A stretch of 64,000 nt of DNA from Antedon mediterranea (lineage: Eukaryota; Animalia; Echinodermata). Positions 23,301-33,927 of this stretch are shown piece by piece. Made by a program: the position numbers and the translations under genes. The DNA is taken from assembly GCF_964355755.1 (NCBI RefSeq), contig NC_092670.1, positions 8,918,201-8,982,200 on the forward strand, written 5' to 3'. The notes beneath the pieces are model-generated. The model had not been told where the DNA came from and made no database searches. It saw only the letters and a program-made list of their open reading frames with translations. Numbering within the stretch: position 1 is the first letter of the stretch; every line of letters begins with the position of its first letter.

Positions 23301-24349
23301 AATGATAAATGAGAAATTATAAAAACGGGTACACAAAATATTCATCCGTACACAGTTTAGAGCAAATTAAAAAATATATGCCTTGCTCAAAACATTATTT
23401 TTCCATATTCTCGTGCTGCAGTATTTTATTAGCCGTACTTGTTTTGAGACTCTACATAATTAAGTTATATATTGAGCTATAATTTTTTTTTACAGTACAG
23501 TAAGTACTATAATATAATTATTGAAAGTAGTAACTTTACTTTCCCCCTTATGAAAACGGAGACCCAAGGCCAATTATGTATAGCTTTACCATACTTAATT
23601 TATTATCATTATCATCATAAGGTAAACTAAATCATAAACATAATCAATTACCTTGATACCTGCTCCTTCACTAGAGAGAAAGATTGTAGTTGGTCTACGT
23701 CAACACCACTATGTCTCATCCGTTTCCAGACCCAAGAGCATAGCTCATTAACGGAAGTTACGTCGGTCGATGGGAGCACCTTTATTATTCCTTGGCCGTT
23801 TCCACCTAGTTGTTTTTCAACTGGGTGGGTATCAATTATAAAATAATTTCTGCGAGTGCAACCAATTATAATTATATACCCGCCACAGGTATATAGTGCT
23901 ACATTTAGCCTTTCATTTTCATTAGGATTCAGTTCGATTACAGCCTTTACAAGAGCATTCCGTCCTTCGTCTGTATATACACGTTCCTGTACAATCATCT
24001 CCTCTGTAATACTATAGGGCGAAATCAGGTTTCCATTTCTTAAGACCGTGTAGGCTTCCAGGACATCATAGAATGAAGCAATATTACGCAAATAGTTGAA
24101 TAGTCTTGGTGAATCGATAATAATATGCTCAATTGCCGATTTAATTTCTTCACCAAAAAATGTATTCCAGTTCTTGATGAGCCTATCAGCGATTATCAAC
24201 CCTAAGAAAGCACATGCATTTGTTGCATCATTTGGAATGGCTAGGCCTTCCACTGGGTCTTTGCAAATCAAACTACCTTGCTCAACTATTGTGGAGAGAT
24301 CAAACTCCTCAACAGCACTAGTTTGGCTGTACCTTAATGGGATATCCAT
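17860..24349 (-). CDS. Spliced Mutator transposase fusion: tegument-like Cys protease + SIM-like repeats + MULE DDE + SWIM (~1330 aa, C-terminus truncated)
   Basis: Exons 24349-23652, 23296-23224, 23051-22950, 22396-22283, 22119-22009, 21791-21681, 21451-21338, 21095-20958 and 20377-17860. All are GT-AG, phase-compatible and stop-free. Confidence 0.75.
21338..22396 (-). repeat. Four duplicated phase-0 mini-exons (111-114 nt) encoding DDDFTI(V)ISDDD
   Basis: CQNYTTPTTSFSGLQSGISSFDDDFTIISDDDIDCDKK; CPVYTTNTTSCTGLQSGIFNDDFTIVISDDDVECDNK; CPNYTTPTTSCTGLMSGISSFDDDFTIMDDDVDCDKK; NLTYTTPFTSCTGLQGGINSSDDDFTIVISDDDVYDTK. Each ends AAG|gtac. Confidence 0.88.
23652..24349 (-). CDS. Herpesvirus-tegument-like (VTD / peptidase C76-like) cysteine protease exon
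   Basis: YSQ...ATNACAFLGLIIA (oxyanion Gln and catalytic Cys helix) and a beta-strand YFIIDTHP (Asp-x-His), the Cys...D-x-H order of UL36/M48-type deubiquitinases. Confidence 0.65.
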
Positions 24350-25520
24350 ACCTATAAATCAGTTACTGAATTGTCCAACAGAATTCCTGCTCACCACCAG
24401 CGGATTCACATGGGTGCTATGGCCTTACGTAGTTTCTTCACTGGTGTTGGTGGTGCAGACCACCTCACGTGCAGCAGCAGAAAGTATCAAAAGTTGTTGT
24501 TGCATCACCATAGTAGTAGTCCGCTACGACCTTTATGGGTCGCCGTCTCGAAATAGGTGTTGATGTTGATGTTAAGTGAAATAAATAGGCCTAAATAAAA
24601 AAAAAATTGTTTGGAAGCAGCGAGGGGCAGTGATTTTGGTTAAAAAAAAACCCGTGTATGATAATATAAAACGAGACTAAAAAGAGGAGAAAGAGCGATG
24701 GCTTTTAATAAAATGTATAGGTATCTGTTTTGTTTCTATTTTCTATTCATTTTTGTCCGATCCTCTTTAATAAATCCTTTCAATTCGGACATTTCCTTCC
24801 TTTTTGGAAACGTTCAAATATTGTTCCTATTCAAAGGTGGCTATGGGAAACAAGGAAATTAATTTCCAATTAGAGACTAATCTCGCTGTTGATGAATGTT
24901 ATGAAAAAATATTATTATTTTTAACCACATTTTGACTGTCTGGTCTTGACCTTTTGACTGACTCATGGAATTATATTGAAATGGAAGTGAAAATTTAGGG
25001 ACTACTTGATAATAACATTAAAATTGAAACAATTCACGAACAATTCTTAGGCATAATTAAAGGTGTAGTATAGGCAGAAATGCCTCAACGTTGGAGTAAC
25101 TGCTAAACTCGGTAGAGTACCGGTACGAATTAACTATATTCTTATAACGTTATGCGATACTTTTACACATATTGTGAGTTGATCAAAGCAGATGTGAGTC
25201 CTTTCACAGTAAACCAACACCAAACCTTACATTTTTCATAAAAACTAAATGTATATAATTATTTATTGTTCAAACTTTGGGTATTATTAGGTAATTTAAT
25301 GTAGTTTTATAAAACAAAAGTCAAAAGATAACTTGAGTGTGTTCAATATAAAATATGTGGTTGTTTGTAACATGGTGGAACATATCACGGGTGTAACATT
25401 GACACATACACAGATGCAAGAAACAGATATAAAACTACAGAGGTAAGTCAAATGTATTTATCTATTTTATTAAATTGCCTGAACTTAGAAAGAACACTAA
25501 CAATTATGAATGCTATTCTT

Positions 25521-25620
25521 TTTAGTCGCGTTCAACGACACTACAGCTCACTATGTCGGTCGGTTGGTCGGTCGGTAAACACTAACTTGAGCTCGCGACT
25601 GCAGCCATCTATGGCCTTGT
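25521..25620 (+). mobile_element. Short DINE-1/HINE-like (Helentron-derived) element
   Basis: tttagtcgcg...cactatgtcggtcggttggtcggtcgg...tggccttgtt, inserted in a T-run. Confidence 0.6.
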
Positions 25621-26039
25621 TTTTCCAAGAATCATGATAAAAACAATAAACGCTCGGAATAATCCATTCTTACAAATCGAAACATAATTATGAATTTTTA
25701 AATAACATGGAATTATTAACAAAAATTGTTTACTAAGTTTTTATATAATTGATTTCAACCAATCACACAACTATCTATTTAATAAAAAGCATATCATAAT
25801 ATTATTTTAGCAAAAGTCTTCTTTAATGATGCCCATGAAATACCATTGTAGTATAATGGACGAACATTGACATACAATTTTTAGTATTTTAGTAATTACT
25901 TTAGATTTGGAGCTGTGATAATATGAAATAAACAAAAAAGCTAATAATACATAAACAATAAATGATTATGATAATAAAGTGTCTTTCATTAACCCTTTGC
26001 ATTACAACAAGTTAAAGGTGTAAACAGGGTTCCCAGATA

Positions 26040-26326
26040 AGCTGGCCCCGATTCGAAACGGGGTATTGGTGGTGCAATAACTTTCATAACATTCTCCCAA
26101 CTGTACCAGATCAAATCTTTCTCACCATCAGGCCATATCCAATACAGTCAACTTCAGTGTTAGTGTTTATTATCTGTGTGACAACACCTGGATATTGCAT
26201 AGTACCATAATTGACTACTACCCAGTCATTGCACTTCCAAGGTAGGACATCATCCACCAATGGTGCTTCATTAGACAAATCAGGAACTATAGGTTCTTAG
26301 TCAATGCCGTACAACTTTCAGCAGTA
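26040..26326 (-). pseudogene. Tudor-like C-terminal fragment of a DNA-transposon protein
   Basis: NDWVVVNYGTMQYPGVVTQIINTNTEVDC / WIWPDGEKDLIWYSWENVMKVIAPP, with a frameshift. Acceptor at ~26327. Confidence 0.55.
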
Positions 26327-26816
26327 CCTGTATGCAAGATATTATATTTTTTAGAGTATTAACTAAAATGGTTATTATCAAATCAAATCACTTTATTTCA
26401 TCCTCAACAGGAAAATAATTTAAGTGAATTACATACTGTAGTATTACATACATTTAGATGTTATGCTATCCATTAAGAAAAGTCGATATAAATGAAATGT
26501 GCTGGACCATGCAAGTTAGATATTTACTCTGTGCATATGGCTTCGGTAATGTTTGGTTCAAACAATATATATTGTCAATTTCTCAATTCAATGACTCTAA
26601 CTAAGGGTTACAAACAAAAAACACATTCTTAGTTGAAATATTATCGTTTATTAAACATGACATCATAAGTAGGCCTAGAGTTACCCTATTATTGTGAATG
26701 TTCATAATCTTAAGTCGGCCTACATTATTATTTTAACTAAATTTCACCTTGGATTTTTAAAACTCGAAACCTAAAAGGCGATTTAGAGGGCTATTCCCGT
26801 TACCTGTATCATACAA

Positions 26817-27410
26817 AGTTTTTTGTTTCGTTTTCTTTCCCGTTTTTATACTTGTACTATTATTTTTTGCTCTTTTGGCGCTCCATAGAAACGAATATTG
26901 AGCATGGAGAAGAGTTAAGAGTATACAAAGAAACACGTCTGAAAAATCATCAATTTAAAGGATTTATTTATTTGTTTGTATGTGTTTCTCCTTCTTAAAG
27001 TACTTATAAGTCTTAATTTTAAAGTGTGGTATTCAGGATAAAGTTAGTTAACAAATTTGGAGTCAAAATTACAAGGCAGGTGCGAAAGAAAAACATCCTC
27101 CAAACCAACACAATGGAGTAAATATATACCAACAAACAACCCGTCAAATTTGTTTGTTGTAAAGAAAAAATATATATTTACTCAACGGGCGAAAATAATG
27201 TGAGTTTATCTATGTTTTGCGGTAAGTATTTAATTATATTTATGGTAGTAAATGAAACCTACTGTGTTTAAAATTATGTATGGATAAACAAGTATTGTTT
27301 TTAAGCTGTAGTATATCTTAGAATCTGTAATCTTAGTCTTAGGTCTTAGCTTTCGTGATCTTAGGTCTTAGGGGGTCTGAGCTTTCGTGGTCTGAGGTTT
27401 CGTGACACCC
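26817..27410 (+). mobile_element. Right terminus/TIR of the Mutator element, likely the end upstream of the fusion gene
   Basis: Diverged copy of the family right arm, ending GGTTTCGTGACACCC. Confidence 0.8.
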
Positions 27411-27643
27411 GTTTTTCAATGGCAGCTTGATCAAGTTCTTCCAACATTAAAAACTCCTATAGAAAGGCAAAGCATTAAGACAATGAAGGCCCAGGGTTGA
27501 ACATGGCAAGAAATATTTGAGATATCTTCTATAAATATCAATATATCCATCTGTCCCATATCATCCATCCAGACAATTAGGGAGCTAATGATTTTCCGCA
27601 ACTAAACTAGGTCAATTCACTGCGCATATGTAGGAAAGTTGGG

Positions 27644-28163
27644 GGGTGTCACGAAAGCTCAGACCACGAAAGCTCAGACCCCCTAAGACCTAAGATCACG
27701 AAAGCTAAGACCCAACACCTAAGATTACAAATACTAAGATATACTACAGCTTAAAAACAATACTTGTTTATCCATACATAATTTTAAACACAGTAGGTTT
27801 CATTTATTACCATAAATATAATTTAATACTACCGCAAAACATAGATAAACTCACATTATTTTCGCCCGTTGAGTAAATGTATATTTTTTCTTTACAACAA
27901 ACAAACTTGACGGGTTGTTTGTTGGTATATATTTACTCCATTGTGTTGGTTCAGAGGATGTTTTTCTTACGCACCTGCCTTTCTTGTATTTTGACTCCAA
28001 ATTTGTTGACTAACTTTATCCTGAACACCACACATTAAAATTAGGACTTATAAGTACTTTCAGAAGGAGAAACACATAATAACAAATAAATAAATCCTTT
28101 AAATTGATGATTTTACAGATGTGTTTCTTTGTATACTGTAATGTAACTCCTCGAGCTCCCCCC
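27644..28163 (-). mobile_element. Inverted half Mutator-type MITE
   Basis: Reverse complement of ~17340-17859, including diagnostic variants and the G/C-run break point. Confidence 0.88.
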
Positions 28164-28940
28164 ATCCTGAATACCACAGCTTAGAATTAGTAGGCCTACT
28201 TTAATGAAGAAAAATCACATAAAAGTAACAATAAATCCATTAAATTGGTGATTTTACAGACGTTGTTTTTCTCGCATTTCGCACAATCAATGTTCAATAT
28301 TTTGGTTTCTATGGAACGCCAAAAGAGCAAAATTAATTAGAGGGCTAAAAACTCTGTGGAATCCATTTATATTTAACGCATTATTTGGTGAAAATCAAGT
28401 ACAATTTCAATAGATTTTGTCACTGTCAGTAAGGAAAAATGTTACTGTTGATAATGTACACGGTTTCGTTAACCTTTTAAAGAATAAAATAGAAAAATTC
28501 ATCATAATATCCTTAGTAGGATGTCCTAGGTCTAGACTAGGTAGTGATGTTGATTTAGGATCGATTATTATTCTTTGAAGAAAACAGAACAGTATCAGCA
28601 GTAACATATTACAACATTTTTATTGACAAATTAACAAATATATTGAAATAAAACGTGTTTTTCACCAATAAATGCATGAGAAATTGACGCATTCTACTGA
28701 GTTTTAGTCCTCTATTATCGTTGCTCTTTTGGCGCTCCATAGAAACAAAAATATTGAACATTGAATAAGTGAAATTCGCGAACAGTGTGCGAGAAACACG
28801 CCTGTAAAATCATTAATTTAAGGATTTATTTGTTACTTTTTATGTGATTCTTTCATTAAAGTACTCATGAGGTATACTTCTAAGGTGTGGTATTCACACG
28901 ATAAAGTTAGTTATCAAATTTGGAGTAAAAATACAAGCGA
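28164..28940. repeat. Diverged inverted subterminal arms of the same Mutator family
   Basis: tgaataccaca...ctatggaacgccaaaagagcaa at 28168-28330 mirrors ttgctcttttggcgctccatag...tgtggtattca at 28721-28896. Confidence 0.65.
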
Positions 28941-31491
28941 AGGAAACTAGCGCCACGTTTATTAGTACGTACATGGACAACAATAAATAAAAATCGTTCG
29001 TAATATACTTAGCTTACTAAAACAGGAATAGTGTATCATTATTAAATATTACACCAATTATTATTATATCAAAATTGATTAAATTATTTTCTACATAGGC
29101 CTCTTATCTAGGTTAGGGCTAAGCATAATAAAAATTATTAGCTAAAGTTTAATTTTAGGCCTAGTATTACAATTGTCCGACGTAAGTCTTTTTTCACACG
29201 CGCTCCAGAATTCTGTCGCAATTTTTTTCTTTGCGGCATGTTATTGGATCGGCATATCAGTTACCTTTTATTCACCGCCAGTTATTGAACTTGTCCTGGC
29301 AATCGCTGTTCACCTTATTTGCGAGAGAGGTACACGTGTTGTTCCTAGAGAATGGAATGTCAAAAATGTCTTTGGCACGCCGCTCAGAGAGAAGTCTGTG
29401 CGTTGCTGCTGAAACCACGTGCTATAGTAGGGGAATGCACCACAATCCTCTGAGCTGAGGGCTGAATCATTCCGCTACCTGCTAATAGTAAAGAGGGATT
29501 TTCCATCTCTCGGGTCTACCGGATCTAGGCGCAGGGGTGTGACAAAATATTATTTTCACTCTGCTATGTTCGAGAGACATGTGAGTGAACACGCTCGAAA
29601 TGCCAACAAACATTGCAGTCATTTGATGAGTGTGTCGCTATAACAATTATTGTTTATCGAAAGTTGAAGACTGTCGTTCAGATTTTTTAACCGTAGTTTG
29701 GGCACTTTTGTAAAAGTAAAATTTGACACGATATGACTTGAATGAAAAAAACAATCGTTACATAAAAATAAACAACATGATGAGTGTATACACGAATCTA
29801 TTTAGATACGCTTGTATCGATTGATTATTAGGCCTATAATATAGCATAATAGCACGTTAAGATATGCCTCGCACCTTTTTGAAATTGTAAACTATATGCC
29901 TCGCACTTTTGGAAATGATAAAATGATGCCTCGCACAAATATTTGGCATGCCTCGCTTGCCTCGCACTTTGTCAACACTCTATCGTATCGCAGTTATAAG
30001 ACCGGCAGCCCAGAGACATTTGGTTAGATGAGCTAGGTACCAATATCTAACTATTTGAGTGTGTTGGGGGTCACTTGAAGTGAATGAAAATGGGAGTCTG
30101 CCGGGTACCCCCTGCTGCGTCTAGACCGGGGGGACCCCGAAACGTGCTAAAAAATCGGCACAGGCTAGATGAGAGAGATACCACCCAATTTTACCACCAT
30201 GGGATGCCCATTGGCATCCTTATAACAGTATCACAAACGACAGACTTTTTCTCTGCTGCAAAAGGCCCGCCAGACCCCCCGAGGGAGGGCCTAAAATGGG
30301 GTTAGCATAGATGAGTGAGGTACCACTCAAAATCAATTCCAAACGAACAAGTTGTGTTCATACAATACTAAATGGATAACAACAGACTAATTGTCTGCTG
30401 CACCGCAAGTGCCAGACACCCCAAAGTTAGACTAGAGGCCCCCCTTCCCCCAACTAACCCAGCTTAGATATTGTAGATACCACCAGCAACCAATGTTATA
30501 TGATTTAGCACATTGTAAGCAATACCAAATGACCTATTACAGACTATCTGAACACTGCCCTGGCCCTGGCAGACCCCTCTAAAGTTAGACTAGAAACCCT
30601 CTTTCCCCAACTAGCCCAGCTTAGATATTGTAGATACCACCAGCAACCAATGTTATGATTTAGCACATTGTAAGCAATCACCAAATGACCTATTACAAAC
30701 TATCTGTACACTGCCTTGACCCTGGCAGACCCCTCTAAAGTTCGACTAGAGACTCCATTCCCCCAACTGGCCTAGCTTAGATATTGTTGATACCACCAGC
30801 AACCAATGTTATAATTATGATTTAGCACATTGTAAGCAATACAAAATGACCTATAACAGACTATCTGTACACTGCCTTGGCACTGGCAGACCCCTCTAAA
30901 GTTCCCCCATTTACCCCAAGTATATAGCCTACCTTAGATATTGTAGATACCACCAGCAGCAAAAAAATAACCACCCAAAACAACATGTTTAATTGAATAA
31001 AGTTTAACTTTAATCGAACTAACACAAAACAATTGAAAATATATCAATGACGATAAAATGACCATTACCATTCTAAAGGGGAAAATAGTTTAAGAGTTTC
31101 AATTAAAACTTATATAATTATAAGCCAAATATATATAACAAGTATGGATTCGGGTAAATTTAGCATTCCTTGCCTTTGGATGTCAAAGATACATCCGTCT
31201 GTAACTCTTGGACATATTTTGAGAGAAAGCTTAGTAATCACCCTAATCAAATTCAGGATGGTAGTAACTTAATCTAAAGTGATTTGATTAATTAATAGTG
31301 GGTAATTTTAAATGCTGTATATTATAATCTTAATCCTGTATTCATATGTATATATATATATTTATAAATCCAAAGGCAAATTACTGAAAAAATGACAATG
31401 CTGTGGGTATCAGTGGCTGGATCTCAATGGAGATACAAAAAAAAAGCGAAAAGCTAAATCAAAACGATAAAGTAAACAGCCAGAAAAGTTA

Positions 31492-31530
31492 GCAGAGCTT
31501 TCGCGCAACACTAGCCCTTCATCAGTGCAA
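31492..31530 (-). ncRNA. Minimal type I hammerhead ribozyme
   Basis: Minus strand GCA-CUGAUGA-agggcuaguguugcgc-GAAA-GC-UC-UGC. Confidence 0.7.
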
Positions 31531-31799
31531 GTCTTATATAGATGCGTTGAGGCTGCAAACGTGCTCAATTGGAATCAAGAGCGAATATATATTTTTATAA
31601 AGTAGATGGAACACGGACGTCTACTACACGGTGTTTCACGTTAAACGATCTTCAGATAGACTGAACAATACCGTATCTCGATCGAAAAAAATATTAAAAA
31701 AAAAAATTATAAATATATATAATTTTTTTTTATGTACTTTATTTATGTAGATATGTAGTACTGTATCTATTAAAAAAGGTATTTGAACAAAATTAGAGA

Positions 31800-33545
31800 T
31801 CTCAATGAGATCCAAATTGACAATTGCCGCAAAATCCTCACTGAGTTTGACGTTGAAATTCACTCTAGAACTAAGAAGTTGAAAAGAGAACTTCCTGCAT
31901 CCTAGTTTCAAAACAAACTCAGGATTATCGCCAATGACTGCCGTAAACAATCAACGATAATGGCCCGAAGGGAACATCACAAATTTGGTCTACCATGCAG
32001 ACTTGGTCATTTCAACACAAATGACTCTACCTTCGGATGACTTCAGGGCTTTTAGGAAACCCTGCAGAAGGTTCGTTGGGACATATAACAAGAATCAGAG
32101 CAACACCTCTGATTCAGTTGTTGAAATTGTCGACTTTCCGAAGGAGAGAAAAAACTTCCTTCCCGAGGACTTAAATTCTGCCCAAAACCAAGGCAGGTCG
32201 GCGCACAACAACTATCTTTGGATATAGAGTCTTTTTCTAGAAGATTACGATTACGTGAATATTTTGCTGATTCAGACACCACGCAAAACGAAGGCAACGT
32301 TAACAAATTTAAACCAAAAAGTTCCTGGAATCCACCTAAAAATCGTTGTCCAGCTTTAGAAACATTTATCCAGGCTATTGAGGAGGATGTACAAAACTAC
32401 GTCCCGAGTCCAGATAAACGTGACAATCTCAAAACAAGAGAGGCAGGCCATTGCCAAATTGCGTCAGCGTAATGATATCATCATTAAACCCGCTGATAAA
32501 GGTTCTGCCACTGTTGCTATGGACATCAAATTTTATTAAGAGGAATCCTTAAGACAGCTTCATTATATATCGTAAACTCACAACGGAACCCACCCCGGAA
32601 ATTGCGGATAAGGTGGCAAAATCTGTTTCTGTGATGGTAAAAAAAAACACTCCATCGATCCTAAGATTTACAGTTACCAAATCCACTAGTAGCGTTGATT
32701 TTGTGGACACTATAGTGACCATAGAAAATGGTACTCTCAAAACTGACCTATTCCGTAAACCCACTGATAAAAATATGTACCTGCTCCCTAGCAGTTGTCA
32801 TCCCCAACATTGTACTAAAAACATACCGAACAGTAAAGCATTACCTATCAGACGTATCTGTTCTTCAGATTTAGATTTTCAGAATCGTACCGAAGAACTA
32901 ACCGGACATCTCCGGAATAGAAATTACAAACCTATCAACCTAGGTTGCCTCCATTACGGGGCTATTAATTTATTGAGAAACATATGCCCATTCTACAGTC
33001 CACAGAACGTCTCAGGACTGTTTTTCCGGAACCACCCATTATTGCATTTCGTAGACCTCCCAACCTTCGTGATATATTAGTCAGATCCAAATGTAAGAGT
33101 GAAATTAACTCTCATGACAGTCAAAATTTGGGCAGTCACCTTTGCGGCAAATCTTGCAAAACTTGTTCATTGGTTGATTCTACTGAAAAATTTAAGAGTA
33201 ACCAAACTGGCCACATTTTTCGGATAAGACAATCAATTAATTGTCTAACCAAAAACGTCATTTATCTCATATACTGTAATATTTGTGGCAAACAGTACGT
33301 CGGAGAAACCAAAAACACTCTCCGTATGAGAATGACACAACACAGATCAGCTATCAACACATTAAAGCTTGTTCAACCTGTAGCCGAACATTTTAATTCA
33401 TCTGGTCACTCGATAACAAATTTCAGAGTTATTGCAATATTCCATGTGTCAAATGGAGCGACAAAACTTGCAAAGACAAGGAAAACCACTGGGAATTACA
33501 ACTTAAAACCACAAAACCTTTTGTACTTAACATTAGAAACATACT
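31800..33545 (+). pseudogene. Penelope-like retroelement RT / GIY-YIG endonuclease, frameshifted and internally deleted
   Basis: FSRRLRLREYF, KSSWNPP, IIIKPADKGSATVAMD, TDLFRKPTDKNMYLLPSSCHP, NVIYLIYCNICGKQYVGETKNTLRMRMTQH. The RT catalytic core (Y/FxDD) is missing. Confidence 0.9.
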
Positions 33546-33614
33546 CCCAGGTTGGTAAAATTATTCCATTGTCTACCTAAATTTAAGTATCAATATTAAC
33601 CACCATTTAAGCTG

Positions 33615-33738
33615 TTTTTAGTCGCGTGGACGCGACTCTATAGTTCACTATGTCGGCGGTCGGTCGGTCTGTCGGTCTGTCTGTCGGTCCGGTATCACTA
33701 TGCGTTTTAGCACGCGACTTATGGCTGTTGGCCGTGTT
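33615..33738 (+). mobile_element. DINE-1/HINE-like short element
   Basis: tttttagtcgcgtggacgcgactctatagttcactatgtcgg(tcgg/tctg)n...ccggtatcactatgc...tggccgtgtt. Confidence 0.7.
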
Positions 33739-33886
33739 TAGTTTCATTCCAAAATTGTTTATACTGTATCTCTACCAAGCTACCTTCTTTGTTTTCTACT
33801 CTTATTCAGACTCCACCCTGTCTCCTTTTGTTGTATTTCTTTTATTCCTGTCCACCCAGGCAGCACTTGCCAGCTCTTATCCTTCA

Positions 33887-33927
33887 CTTGCAATGATGAA
33901 GGGCTAGTGTTGCCCGAAAGCTCTGCT
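33887..33927 (+). ncRNA. Minimal hammerhead ribozyme copy with mutated core
   Basis: GCA-AUGAUGA-agggcuaguguugccc-GAAA-GC-UC-UGC (C3 to A). Confidence 0.55.

Noticed and set aside
24096-24563. 155-aa plus-strand ORF
   Set aside because: Antisense to the protease exon and has no motifs.
29531-29982. hAT-like MITE (caggggtgtgacaaa ... tttgtcaacactcta, tgcctcgcac repeats)
   Set aside because: TIR match is weak and the 8-bp flanks (tctaggcg / tcgtatcg) do not form a convincing TSD.
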